Program-made: the position numbers and the translations under genes | Notes under the pieces: generated by a model | The model's input: the letters and a program-made list of their open reading frames with translations, nothing else | Told to the model about the DNA's origin: nothing | The model's database searches: none | Assembly: GCA_910586705.1 (NCBI GenBank) | Contig: CAJUJK010000019.1 | Coordinates: forward strand, 3,643 to 67,642 | Length of the DNA: 64,000 bases | Direction of reading: 5' to 3' | Source: an uncultured Lachnospiraceae bacterium | Lineage (GTDB): Bacteria; Bacillota; Clostridia; Lachnospirales; Lachnospiraceae | Part shown: positions 1 to 8,881 of the stretch, piece after piece | Numbering within the stretch: position 1 is the stretch's first letter | Layout: every line of letters begins with the position of its first letter

Positions 1-4
1 CATT

Positions 5-412
5 GTGAATAAGTATGACGGCAATCTGATTATAAACCGCAACGGAATGAATGTGGAATTGCCGCATCAGGGAAGCATCATAAACTACGGAATCCACAGG
101 GACCGTGTGAGCGGCAAGTGGCTTGTTGTACTGCAGGACGGCTCCGGCGTATTCAGAACCGTTGTTATATGTGGAAACGCCGTGGAGTATGACACGGATC
201 AGATTAAATATGAGTGCAGTCTTGGAAACCTCTGCCTATCAAACAGCACAATCTATATTCCGATTGATGGAAAGATCAGAGGGTACTCGTACCAGAAACA
301 GGCATTTAAGGACTTTGAGTGCGATGTTGTTACGCCGGATAGCCGCCTGATAAAGAACGGCGCGGCATTTACGATTGTGAATGACGAGAACATATATAAG
401 TTGGGAAAGTGA
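5..412 (+). CDS. Hypothetical phage protein, probably the C-terminal part of a gene starting before the window
   Basis: ORF at the window edge, followed by the RBS of the next gene. Confidence 0.6.
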   Translation: MNKYDGNLIINRNGMNVELPHQGSIINYGIHRDRVSGKWLVVLQDGSGVFRTVVICGNAVEYDTDQIKYECSLGNLCLSNSTIYIPIDGKIRGYSYQKQAFKDFECDVVTPDSRLIKNGAAFTIVNDENIYKLGK

Positions 413-418
413 GGGAGC

Positions 419-802
419 ATGGAAAGGCTGACAGAGAAAGAATTATACAATGGGCGCATTTGTTATACAAAGTGCCGATACACAAACTGCAAAGACCGTT
501 GCTCAGATTGCGATATTCCAGAGGAAGCGGCGAAAAAGCTGAAACAATATGAGGATCAGGAAGAGAACGGAGAACTCTTGAATATCCCTTGCAAAATCGG
601 AGACGTGTTATATGTCAAAATGCAGGACGGAGGATATGCGGAGGGAGAGGTTAGAGATTACATATACTTTATATCCTGCGGATTTTGTGTTGTTATTACA
701 TCGACAAAAGGAGAGTTTAATAAGCAGAACATTCCGTTTTCTGAATTTGGGAGGACAATATTCAAAACAAAGGACGAAGCGGAAGCTGTGTTGAGAAAGT
801 GA
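419..802 (+). CDS. Hypothetical phage protein
   Basis: RBS GAGGGAG; MERLT...LKQYED...PCKIGD pattern seen in small Clostridia phage proteins. Confidence 0.75.
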   Translation: MERLTEKELYNGRICYTKCRYTNCKDRCSDCDIPEEAAKKLKQYEDQEENGELLNIPCKIGDVLYVKMQDGGYAEGEVRDYIYFISCGFCVVITSTKGEFNKQNIPFSEFGRTIFKTKDEAEAVLRK

Positions 803-1119
803 GGAAAGATATGAAAGTAGGAGATACGGTTACATGGAAAAGCAGAGAATACGAACCAGAAAAGACAGGGGAAATCATCGCCATTATTCCGGCGGGCAAT
901 ATGGTAAGTCCGCATATTCCCAAGACGGCAAAGGCAAGCCATATTAAGGTAGGCGGCGAAAGAAGTATACATAACCGCGTTCTGGTTGCGGTTCCCGCCG
1001 GAAAAGATAATCAGCTTACACATTATTACTGTCCGGCAGAAAAAGTTATCATAGAGCAAAATTACACCATTGCTGCCAAACAGAAAAATAACTTCGGAGG
1101 ACATAATCAGCATGAATGA
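799..1119 (+). CDS. Hypothetical phage protein (start may be ATG 811)
   Basis: Overlaps both neighbours; MKVGDTV N-terminal motif. Confidence 0.65.
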   Translation: MRKDMKVGDTVTWKSREYEPEKTGEIIAIIPAGNMVSPHIPKTAKASHIKVGGERSIHNRVLVAVPAGKDNQLTHYYCPAEKVIIEQNYTIAAKQKNNFGGHNQHE

Positions 1120-1291
1120 TTTGGTTAAGAGAGAGGATGTATGGAAAACGGTGCAGAGAGTATGTAATCAGTACAATATGTGCTTTGATCCTGATTACGA
1201 AAGCAAAAGAGCCGGATCATTCGGTGTTGATTTGCCAAAAGCTATTATGGATATTCCGGCGGCGGATGAACAGAAAGAGGGGGAAGTGTGA
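1112..1291 (+). CDS. Small hypothetical phage protein
   Basis: GGAGG upstream of ATG 1112; MNDLVKREDV start. Confidence 0.65.
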   Translation: MNDLVKREDVWKTVQRVCNQYNMCFDPDYESKRAGSFGVDLPKAIMDIPAADEQKEGEV

Positions 1292-1708
1292 ATGAATGTT
1301 TTAATAAATCCCGGCAGCGGGCCTGTTGGAAGAGAAGTATCATGGGATAATGCCTATGAGAATATCAAGGCTTATATCGCAGACTGCGAAATCCCTATGA
1401 GGATTGTCAGCTCACAGCATGAGGACGATGATGGGCGGTATCTGTTCGTTCTAAGGAATGACGAGTACGACTACCAGATAGAGGTTGAAATGCCGGGACT
1501 TCCGCTTGAATCGGTCAGGTATGTTAAAGGAGATGAAAGAAATATACTCGACTTCCCACGGCTGTATGTTGACGGCAGCAGTTGGATTTGGTACATAGGA
1601 ACCGTAAAAAAGGAAAACGTCAAAGAGATACTGGAAGAGCGGGCGGAAGAAATGAGAGAGGAATTGTATAGGATCAGCGGACAGATTAAAGAATTGGAGG
1701 ATAAGTGA
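1292..1708 (+). CDS. Hypothetical phage protein
   Basis: Tightly packed ORF with a purine-rich RBS. Confidence 0.7.
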   Translation: MNVLINPGSGPVGREVSWDNAYENIKAYIADCEIPMRIVSSQHEDDDGRYLFVLRNDEYDYQIEVEMPGLPLESVRYVKGDERNILDFPRLYVDGSSWIWYIGTVKKENVKEILEERAEEMREELYRISGQIKELEDK

Positions 1709-2088
1709 TGCAGTATAAACCAGAAAACGTTGATACAGATAAGGCATTGGCATATATCGAAACTTGCCGCACAGAAGATATGAGGCGAGAGGACAAACAA
1801 ATAGAATCAATTAAAAAGTACCATGAGGGAGTACGGGATGGGTTGGATAAGGCAGAAGATATATTTAGAAGTGCTTTGTGTGAAAAGAAAGCTATTCCGG
1901 CATCTTATGATGAATGTGTAGGTAGCGCAATCCGCAAAATAGCGCAGGAACTTAATCTTGCATGTAGCGACATAGTGGAAAGCGGGAAAAGCGGAGATGA
2001 AATGTGTTCTGCTTTTGCTGAGAGAATACGGCGTTGGTGCGAAACAGGAGAAAAAGTCGATAATCTGGCGGAGGTGGCTCATGGGTAA
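1705..2088 (+). CDS. Hypothetical phage protein
   Basis: GGAGG RBS; overlaps the previous stop. Confidence 0.7.
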   Translation: MMQYKPENVDTDKALAYIETCRTEDMRREDKQIESIKKYHEGVRDGLDKAEDIFRSALCEKKAIPASYDECVGSAIRKIAQELNLACSDIVESGKSGDEMCSAFAERIRRWCETGEKVDNLAEVAHG

Positions 2089-2779
2089 GAAATTTGAATT
2101 AAAGCAGGAACATATCGACCTTATATCAGAATTGAACTTCAAAGGTATTGTATCTGTTGATGGTAAAGAGATTGAATACCGTCCGGCGATAGATTACAAA
2201 AGACCGTTTGGAAACAGCGGCGTAACCTATGACGTTCTGCAAAAACTCGGTCTTACTGATGAAAATGGAGAGTATACAGAAACTAACCGAAAGAGAGCAG
2301 AACTTCTTATCGTTGAGCTTCCGGTGGCACTGGAAATTGTTGCGAAAAATAAAACCTTTACTCCGGGGGAATATGAGGTTGATAAGTATTCTGCATATTA
2401 CACTTACAAAGGGTATCGTAATCTTCATTTCTGGCAGGATGCGATCAATAAGTATGGCGAAACATTTACTAATACGAAATATCTTGTAAACCTTTGTATG
2501 AGTTGCTGTGACGAAAATCCATATAGAGTTTTGAGTGAATTAAGGGAATGTGCTATGGAGAAAGTCGTTGAGGTCTTTGAACAGTATGCGATTGACAATT
2601 GGATTGAACAGCATGATTTGGCGGATTATTGTCGTTATTGCATATATGACGATGATTGCCCTCATGGGATGGTATGCTATGGCGGAGAGCCAATAGAACC
2701 TGCTTGCGCAGGAGAGATTGAAAGATTGCTTGACACCGAAACATTGTTGGAGGATTTGATAAACGGAGAGGAAAAGTAA
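2081..2779 (+). CDS. Hypothetical phage protein with Cys-rich C-terminus
   Basis: GGAGGT RBS before ATG 2081; CRYC-x4-CPHG motif. Confidence 0.7.
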   Translation: MGKKFELKQEHIDLISELNFKGIVSVDGKEIEYRPAIDYKRPFGNSGVTYDVLQKLGLTDENGEYTETNRKRAELLIVELPVALEIVAKNKTFTPGEYEVDKYSAYYTYKGYRNLHFWQDAINKYGETFTNTKYLVNLCMSCCDENPYRVLSELRECAMEKVVEVFEQYAIDNWIEQHDLADYCRYCIYDDDCPHGMVCYGGEPIEPACAGEIERLLDTETLLEDLINGEEK

Positions 2780-2829
2780 AATCGAGATTTTATTTTGAAG
2801 CAAAAACTCTCCAAAAGAGAGATTTTATC

Positions 2830-2859
2830 TTGACGGATAGACGTAACGTGTGTTAAAGT
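2830..2859 (+). promoter_or_regulatory. Candidate sigma-A promoter for the tRNA/late operon
   Basis: TTGACG (2830-2835), 18 nt, TGnTAAAGT (2851-2859). Confidence 0.5.
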
Positions 2860-2936
2860 GTATGTGAGTTGAAGTAGATGTGATTATTTTGTTTCTCTGA
2901 AATGTCCGCTGTTTCGGGATAGGCGGCGGACGTTTT

Positions 2937-3007
2937 GCCGGAATGGTGTAACGGCAACACAGCACATTTCCAATGTGCGTATGTGGGTTCGATTCCCACT
3001 TTCGGCT
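2937..3007 (+). tRNA. tRNA-Gly(TCC), no encoded CCA
   Basis: Acceptor GCCGGAA/TTTCGGC; anticodon arm GCACA-TTTCCAA-TGTGC; T-arm GTGGG-TTCGATT-CCCAC; U discriminator. Confidence 0.9.
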
Positions 3008-3010
3008 TAT

Positions 3011-3084
3011 AGCAGAGTGGAGCAGTCTGGTAGCTTGCCGGGTTCATACCCCGGAGGTCATGGGTTCAAATCCCATCTCTGCAA
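3011..3084 (+). tRNA. tRNA-Met(CAT), initiator type
   Basis: Anticodon arm CCGGG-TTCATAC-CCCGG with three consecutive G-C pairs; unpaired 1:72 (A/A); T loop TTCAAAT. Confidence 0.9.
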
Positions 3085-3117
3085 TTTGTTCTTAAAGGCA
3101 TTAAAAGAGAGGCACAC

Positions 3118-3291
3118 ATGGATAATCAGTTTGTTGATGTGTACTGTCCGAATTGCATCGAACGTTACAGCAGGAAGAAACTCCTGTTTCAACGTAGCCC
3201 TGACAGCAAAGGCACAGTGAGTATCATGTGCCGAGGATGCAAAGATGTTATCAAAATTAAATTAGAAAGAGAGCCGATGAGCCGTAAATGA
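3118..3291 (+). CDS. Mu Com-like zinc-ribbon protein, 57 aa (not in the ORF track)
   Basis: MDNQFVDVYCPNCIERYSRKKLLFQRSPDSKGTVSIMCRGCKDVIKIKLEREPMSRK; CxxC...KLLF...IxCxxCK pattern; GAGAGG RBS. Confidence 0.8.
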   Translation: MDNQFVDVYCPNCIERYSRKKLLFQRSPDSKGTVSIMCRGCKDVIKIKLEREPMSRK

Positions 3292-3312
3292 TATGGGTTG
3301 TCGGCTCTTTTT
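3270..3312 (+). terminator. Terminator-like hairpin with tandem GAGCC motif, copy 1, before the portal gene
   Basis: AGAGCCGA...TCGGCTCT followed by TTTT. Confidence 0.65.
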
Positions 3313-3330
3313 CGTTATGGAGGAATAAAC

Positions 3331-4920
3331 GTGTACGCAAGCAACGCTCCTACTCTCGGCAGAAAAATGTTGATGACCGATGAGAAAGAAATCACAAAAG
3401 GAAATATCATATCGGTAGTATCAAAAGCGTATGCGGAACATCAGGATAATGTGCGTGATGAGGTTTTCCTTTTCAATTACGAGAAGGGTATGCAGCCAAT
3501 CCTCGGACGAGAAAAGCTGATACGCCCAGAAATCAATGCTACCGTGGTAGAAAACAATGCTTCAAAGATTGTTGACACCCATGTAGGATATTGTTTCTCA
3601 AACCCTATCACATTCGTACAGAGAGCCAAAGTTGAACTCGGCAAAGACGATGAGATAAAGGATAAAGAGAAAGACGGCGAAAAGGACGATATGAAAATCG
3701 CCGTTCTTAACAAAATGAATCAGGAGCAGAAGAAATCCACCAAAGATATTCAGTTGGCAAGAAACCTGTTCATTTGCGGCGTTGGCTATCAGATGGTCAT
3801 GCCGAACAGAAAAAGAAAGGCTTTCTCTCCGTTTGAGATTATGGTACTGAATCCAATGAGTACATTCATTGTATATTCCAACGATGCGTACCGGGAGCCG
3901 AAAGTCGCAGTTACATACTTTATTCACGATGATGGAACTATTTCTCTGACGGCATACTCAGAGAATTTCATATATGAGATTAAAAAGGGAACTGATCCGA
4001 ACGACTACACTCTGAATCAGAAGATAACCCCGAATGTACTTGGTCTGATCCCTATTGTGGAATTTGCTTTGCACGACCGTATGGGTGTGTTTGAAAAAGT
4101 CATTCCCATTATGGACGCTATCAATCTCGTAAACTCTGACAGGATCAATGACATATTACAGCACGTCCAATCTTTGTTGTGGCTGCATAACTGCGAACTC
4201 GACAAAGAGGAAAAGCAGAAACTTGTGGACGGCGATGGCGTTATTATGACACAAAGTTCTGAGGGGAAAGAGGCGAAGATTTCTTACCTTACTCAGACTT
4301 TGGATCAGTCACAGGTGCAGACGCTTGTGGATTATTTGCAGGAGCAGATGCAGCAGCAGACATCTACCCCGTCATGGCAGGAGGCAAGCGGAGGCTCCAC
4401 GACCGGCGCAATGCAGTTGTCGAACGGATGGCAATGCTTGGAAATATTTGCAAAAATGATTGAGCAGTTATTCTTAGAGCCGGAAATGCAGCTTTTAGAA
4501 ATCGAAACGTCAATCATCAAAAACGACAAGAGGAATTTCGGCGGTCTGGAAGATATGGAAGTGGCAGACATTGAAATCCGCTTCTGCCGGACAAAGACAT
4601 ACGATCTTGTTTCAAAGACAAACGCTCTTGTGGCACTGATAAATGTAGGAGTTGACGGTCTTACTGCATTTAATACCGTTGGACTGTTTACCGATCCTCA
4701 GCAAGCGTGGGTTGATTCTGCAAAGATTATCAACGGCATACAGAAAAAACTTGCCGCAAAGGAAGAGAAAAAGATTGTTGCACCGCAGCAGATGGAGGAA
4801 CCCGGAAAAGACGCGAACGCTTTCAAGGATGAAGAGGGGAACGGTGGCGCAAACAATACGAAAAAGGATAAGACGGAGGAATCTCTACAACCATCAAAAG
4901 TGGCCGGGGTTTCCGATTAA
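3331..4920 (+). CDS. Portal protein, SPP1 gp6-like
   Basis: NNASKIVDTHVGYCFSNPI motif, size and position; GTG start after GGAGGA. Confidence 0.9.
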   Translation: MYASNAPTLGRKMLMTDEKEITKGNIISVVSKAYAEHQDNVRDEVFLFNYEKGMQPILGREKLIRPEINATVVENNASKIVDTHVGYCFSNPITFVQRAKVELGKDDEIKDKEKDGEKDDMKIAVLNKMNQEQKKSTKDIQLARNLFICGVGYQMVMPNRKRKAFSPFEIMVLNPMSTFIVYSNDAYREPKVAVTYFIHDDGTISLTAYSENFIYEIKKGTDPNDYTLNQKITPNVLGLIPIVEFALHDRMGVFEKVIPIMDAINLVNSDRINDILQHVQSLLWLHNCELDKEEKQKLVDGDGVIMTQSSEGKEAKISYLTQTLDQSQVQTLVDYLQEQMQQQTSTPSWQEASGGSTTGAMQLSNGWQCLEIFAKMIEQLFLEPEMQLLEIETSIIKNDKRNFGGLEDMEVADIEIRFCRTKTYDLVSKTNALVALINVGVDGLTAFNTVGLFTDPQQAWVDSAKIINGIQKKLAAKEEKKIVAPQQMEEPGKDANAFKDEEGNGGANNTKKDKTEESLQPSKVAGVSD

Positions 4921-4931
4921 GGAGGTAGCCT

Positions 4932-5588
4932 ATGGCATACACGATTGAGAGTTGGATTGATGAGATGAATCTGCTGAAATCCGATAAGGCGAAACGGATT
5001 AAGACCGCACACGGGATCGAGGATGCCATAGCGAAGTTTTTCATAAGACAGTTGAAAGATATTGTTGAGGGCGTATTCCTCTTTGCAATCAGTTCTGAAT
5101 CATATAGGGATGAACTTACAGATATTTATATGGCATATTCTGATTCAGAAGATGAATGGATGCGCAGACGTGCGCGGCGGTTCGCAGACGAAATTCAGAA
5201 CACAACTGAAAAGTCTGCAAGGGTATCTACTGATCCTGAATATATATCAAATATTCTGTTTAGAATACCGCTCAAAGGCACGAAGAGTATTCCAAAGAAT
5301 GTGAGAGATGTTCTGTCAAAAGACAGGGCGGCGCGTATCGCAATGAACGAAACGAATGTTATACACAATTATCTGCATCACATGAAGTTAAGGGAAACAC
5401 AGATCACGCATACATGGGATGCAACATTGGATGAGTTCACAAGACCACACCATTTTGAGGCGGACGGCCTTACGGTTCCGATTGACGAACCGTTTGTGAT
5501 TGCCGGGGAGAGAATGATGTTCCCTGGGGATGACAGCTTGGGCGCAACGGCAAAAAATCTTATAAATTGCCGCTGTATAGAACTTTAA
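4932..5588 (+). CDS. Minor head protein, MuF/SPP1 gp7-like
   Basis: RAARIAMNE, TWDATLDEFTRPHH and INCRC motifs. Confidence 0.9.
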   Translation: MAYTIESWIDEMNLLKSDKAKRIKTAHGIEDAIAKFFIRQLKDIVEGVFLFAISSESYRDELTDIYMAYSDSEDEWMRRRARRFADEIQNTTEKSARVSTDPEYISNILFRIPLKGTKSIPKNVRDVLSKDRAARIAMNETNVIHNYLHHMKLRETQITHTWDATLDEFTRPHHFEADGLTVPIDEPFVIAGERMMFPGDDSLGATAKNLINCRCIEL

Positions 5589-5601
5589 GGAGGACACAGC
5601 A

Positions 5602-5742
5602 ATGACAGCAGCAGAGAAAAAGAAACTGGAAGAAAAGAAGAAGAAAGCGGCTCAGAAAAAGGCTCCTGCAAAGAAGCCGGCCGCAAAGACTTCCAAAAAA
5701 GCACCGGCGAAGAAACCGGCAGCGAAGAAGAAAAAAGCATAA
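5602..5742 (+). CDS. 46-aa Lys/Ala-rich histone H1-like peptide (not in the ORF track)
   Basis: AAGGAGG RBS; MTAAEKKKLEEKKKKAAQKKAPAKKPAAKTSKKAPAKKPAAKKKKA. Confidence 0.8.
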   Translation: MTAAEKKKLEEKKKKAAQKKAPAKKPAAKTSKKAPAKKPAAKKKKA

Positions 5743-5754
5743 CTGAATACAGTT

Positions 5755-5798
5755 AGAGCCATTGAGCCGGATGTGAGACATTGCATCCGGCTTTTCTT
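5755..5798 (+). terminator. Terminator-like hairpin with tandem GAGCC motif, copy 2
   Basis: AGAGCCATTGAGCCGGATGT-loop-GCATCCGGCT-TTTCTT. Confidence 0.7.
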
Positions 5799-5826
5799 CG
5801 ATTATAAGGGGAAACCCATTATATAT

Positions 5827-5926
5827 ACAGCTAGAGAAAGCTGTTCAAATAACGCACACAAAAATGCGGAGAGAACCGCTATAACAAACGCATGAGGATG
5901 TGCAGAGACGCACTTAAAAAAACGCA
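5827..5926 (+). repeat. Three tandem hairpins with AGAGA(A/C) loops, each followed by AACGCA, in the scaffold leader
   Basis: ACAGCT-AGAGAA-AGCTGT, GCGG-AGAGAA-CCGC, GTGC-AGAGAC-GCAC; ~35-nt period. Confidence 0.8.
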
Positions 5927-5941
5927 GAAAGGTAGGAAGTT

Positions 5942-6628
5942 ATGGCACAGATTACAGGAATTAAGAGGAATGATGTTCTTTTCAATTTGCAGTTTTTCGC
6001 AGAGGGCGATCCCGAACCGGGCGGCGGAAATCCAACACCACCTGACGGCAGCGGAGATGGCGGCGGAAATCCAACACCACCTGACGGCGGTGGATCAGAG
6101 GTAACGCTTGAATCTCTTATGGCGGAAATCGCTACGCTGAAAGCGGACAATGTAAAGCTGAAATCCACGAACGATAAACTCTGTCAGTCTGAGGGAGAGT
6201 TGAGGAAGCAGCTTAGAGCGAAGATGACCGCAGAAGAACAGGCGAACGAACTGGAGGCTCAGAAGAAAGCGGAGCATGACGAGTATGTTTCCGGTCTGGA
6301 AAAGGAACTGGCAATCATCAAAGCTACGGCGAGATTCATTGATATGGGCTTTGAACCGGATAAGGCTGCTGAAACGGCGGTAGCTGAGTTTGACGGCGAT
6401 AAGGAAACGGTCGGGGCAAATATCAAGGCTATGATGGCGGCGCAGAGGAAAAAGATGGAGCAGGATTTAAGGGCAGAACTGCTTAAAGATATTCCTCTTC
6501 CTCAGTCTGGTAATCAGTCCAATATCGACTACGATAAACAGATTACAGATGCACTCAGCGCGGGCGATGCACAAGCCGCAGCGTTGGCAATATTAAATCA
6601 GTCCCAGTCCATAGGGCAGGGGAAATAA
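5942..6628 (+). CDS. Capsid scaffolding protein
   Basis: N-terminal NLQFFA motif, coiled coil, position before the major capsid gene. Confidence 0.85.
   Translation: MAQITGIKRNDVLFNLQFFAEGDPEPGGGNPTPPDGSGDGGGNPTPPDGGGSEVTLESLMAEIATLKADNVKLKSTNDKLCQSEGELRKQLRAKMTAEEQANELEAQKKAEHDEYVSGLEKELAIIKATARFIDMGFEPDKAAETAVAEFDGDKETVGANIKAMMAAQRKKMEQDLRAELLKDIPLPQSGNQSNIDYDKQITDALSAGDAQAAALAILNQSQSIGQGK
6020..6088 (+). repeat. Perfect 30-bp direct repeat encoding GGGNPTPPDG twice
   Basis: GGCGGCGGAAATCCAACACCACCTGACGGC at 6020-6049 and 6059-6088. Confidence 0.95.
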
Positions 6629-6643
6629 CAGGAGGGAAAAATC

Positions 6644-7627
6644 ATGGCAGTAGCAACAAGTTTTTCAGTACCCAACTTTAGCGGCTTGCTGTTCAGAAAA
6701 GGGCAGGCCAACACCCCGTTCTCAACAATGATTGGCGCAAAACCTCTTACGACCAATCATGTAGAGTTTGTTACGGGGCAGTTTTACAACACGGAATCCG
6801 GGGAGCAGCCGGAGATTTCCGAAACCGCTTCCCTGACGGCTCCCGAACCGGAAGTGACAACCAGAGAGCAGCTTACGAACGTGACGCAGATTTTCCATAA
6901 GTCTGTATCTGTCAGCTATGCGAAGCAGAGCAACATGGGAACTTTGCAGGGTGTCAACGTTGCCGGCCAGCAGCCGAATCCGAATGACGAACTGGCGTTT
7001 CAGGTGGCGCGCCGGATGGAAAAAATTGCACAGGATATTGAGTATACATTCCTGAACGGCAAGTACCAGAAAGCGGCTAATGATTCTCAGGCAAATATGT
7101 CAAGAGGTCTTTTGACAGCTATCACGTCAAACGTTCTGGATATGGGCGGAAAGCCTCTCAGCTATTGGCTTGTAGCGGAGGGCTTGAAGTGCATCCACGA
7201 TCAGGGTGCGCCTACTGACAATATCGTTTTGGGCGTAGATGCGACAACCCTGTTGCAGCTCAATCTCGATGCGCAGGAAAACAATCTGACAATCGTGCCG
7301 GACGGCAGGGAAATCAACGGTCTCAAAATCCAGACTGTTGTTACGCCGCTTGGCGTGGTTGCAGTGGCAATGCTCGACACGCTTCCAAAAGGAACGGCGG
7401 CATTGTTTAATCCGGCAATTATGTCCCCTGTTTATCAGCCTGTGCCCGGCAAGGGCAATTTCTTCTTGGAACTGCTCGCAAAGACCGGCGCAGGAGAAAC
7501 GCATCAGATTTTCGGTCAGGTTGGCTTGGACCATGGCCCTGAATGGATGAGCGCAAAGTTCACGAACATTTCCGAGGCACTTCCGAGTGCGCTGCAGAAT
7601 GTCGGCGGCGCAGGAACCGGCGCATAA
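6644..7627 (+). CDS. Major capsid protein
   Basis: 327 aa after the scaffold; NVTQIFHKSVSVS, DIEYTFLNG and LAKTG motifs. Confidence 0.85.
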   Translation: MAVATSFSVPNFSGLLFRKGQANTPFSTMIGAKPLTTNHVEFVTGQFYNTESGEQPEISETASLTAPEPEVTTREQLTNVTQIFHKSVSVSYAKQSNMGTLQGVNVAGQQPNPNDELAFQVARRMEKIAQDIEYTFLNGKYQKAANDSQANMSRGLLTAITSNVLDMGGKPLSYWLVAEGLKCIHDQGAPTDNIVLGVDATTLLQLNLDAQENNLTIVPDGREINGLKIQTVVTPLGVVAVAMLDTLPKGTAALFNPAIMSPVYQPVPGKGNFFLELLAKTGAGETHQIFGQVGLDHGPEWMSAKFTNISEALPSALQNVGGAGTGA

Positions 7628-7639
7628 GGAGGATGCTGA

Positions 7640-8107
7640 ATGAAAAAATATGAGGTAATCAACTTCTTTACAGACCTCAGAGATTACGACCACCCATACA
7701 ATGTCGGGGATGAATTTCCCCGGCAGGGTGTAACCGTAAGCGAGGAGAGAATTGCGGAACTGTTAAGCGGCAGAAATAAACAGCGCAGACCTTTGATAAA
7801 GGCTGTGGAGGAAGAACAGGGTGCGGCGAATCCTGCCAAAGAAAACGCAACCCCCGAACAGCCTGAGAATCCTAATGTAGAGGATAAGCCGGATGGAGAT
7901 AAGCCGGCCGTAACACCTGATTCGCCGGAGAATCCTGAACAGAAGCCGGACGCGGGCGATTCTGGTAACAGCAAGAAATATTCAAAAGAGGATATTGAGG
8001 CTTTGAAGCTGAACCAGATCAGAGAAATCGCAGGTCAGCTTGGGTTCAAAATCAGCTCCACGAGCAAAAACGGCGCAGTAACGGAGTTCATGGAAAAGCA
8101 GGGATAA
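7640..8107 (+). CDS. Head-associated protein with Pro/Glu-rich linker and a C-terminal Rho-N/HeH-like helical motif
   Basis: Position after the capsid gene; LKLNQIREIAGQLGF motif. Confidence 0.6.
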   Translation: MKKYEVINFFTDLRDYDHPYNVGDEFPRQGVTVSEERIAELLSGRNKQRRPLIKAVEEEQGAANPAKENATPEQPENPNVEDKPDGDKPAVTPDSPENPEQKPDAGDSGNSKKYSKEDIEALKLNQIREIAGQLGFKISSTSKNGAVTEFMEKQG

Positions 8108-8120
8108 GGAGCGTGGGCGG

Positions 8121-8453
8121 ATGGATATAGGTACGGCGAAAATAATCATTGACGATCCTACTCTCACAGATGAAAAGCTATCCGTCCTTCTTCTGAAAGC
8201 TCAGAGGTTGGCACTCAATCATTATTTCTGGAAACTGGATAGACCGCCAACGGATGAACAGAAAGATGCGTTCCTTACAAAGTATGAGTTTGAAATATAC
8301 GATGTTGCAAGGGCGATGAATAAGGACGATGCGCGAGATGGGGAAGTTTCCCACACTGAGTTAGGAATAACAAGACAGTGGGGAGAAACCGGCAAGCAGA
8401 CCATAGACAAGGCCTTGAGTGCGCTTCCCCGGAAAGCATATGCCGGATCGTAA
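8121..8453 (+). CDS. Head-tail connector (adaptor)
   Basis: GEVSHTELGITRQW motif; gene order. Confidence 0.75.
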   Translation: MDIGTAKIIIDDPTLTDEKLSVLLLKAQRLALNHYFWKLDRPPTDEQKDAFLTKYEFEIYDVARAMNKDDARDGEVSHTELGITRQWGETGKQTIDKALSALPRKAYAGS

Positions 8454-8467
8454 GGGGGGTGGTAAGT

Positions 8468-8881
8468 ATGGCATTGAGGCTGAGAGACTTGCGGATAAAT
8501 CAGGTTCCGTTCTGGTATCAGCAGTTTATCAGAGAAGAGGATATTCTGGACGAGGACGGGAATCTGACGGGAGAAACCCAAAAGGTATACAGCAATCCGG
8601 TAATGGCATATGCCCGGATCAGTCCGAGTACAGGTCAGGCTGAGAGCAGTCCGTTCGGTATCAATACGGATTATGACAAAGCTATCTCCACCGTACAGAA
8701 TTTGCCGATTGACGAGTATTCGAGGCTTTTCATAGATATTGTTCCGATAATCAATGCTGACGGTTCCACGGACACGGAGCCGGATTATTACTGCGTTGTT
8801 CCGAAAAAAGACTTACAGCAAAATGTGTGGGCCGTAAAAAAGATAAGGGCGGCGATTGGCGATGGCAACCAAACGGATTAA
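8468..8881 (+). CDS. Head closure/stopper protein
   Basis: DEDGNLTGE...YSNPV motif; gene order. Confidence 0.7.
   Translation: MALRLRDLRINQVPFWYQQFIREEDILDEDGNLTGETQKVYSNPVMAYARISPSTGQAESSPFGINTDYDKAISTVQNLPIDEYSRLFIDIVPIINADGSTDTEPDYYCVVPKKDLQQNVWAVKKIRAAIGDGNQTD

Noticed and set aside
2853..3220. ORFs 2853-3047 (-) and 2975-3220 (+)
   Set aside because: They are translations of the tRNA genes; the credible ORF is 3118-3291.
5827..5926. Mini-CRISPR array
   Set aside because: The repeated parts are only 5-6 nt; there are no 25-40 nt identical repeats and no cas genes.
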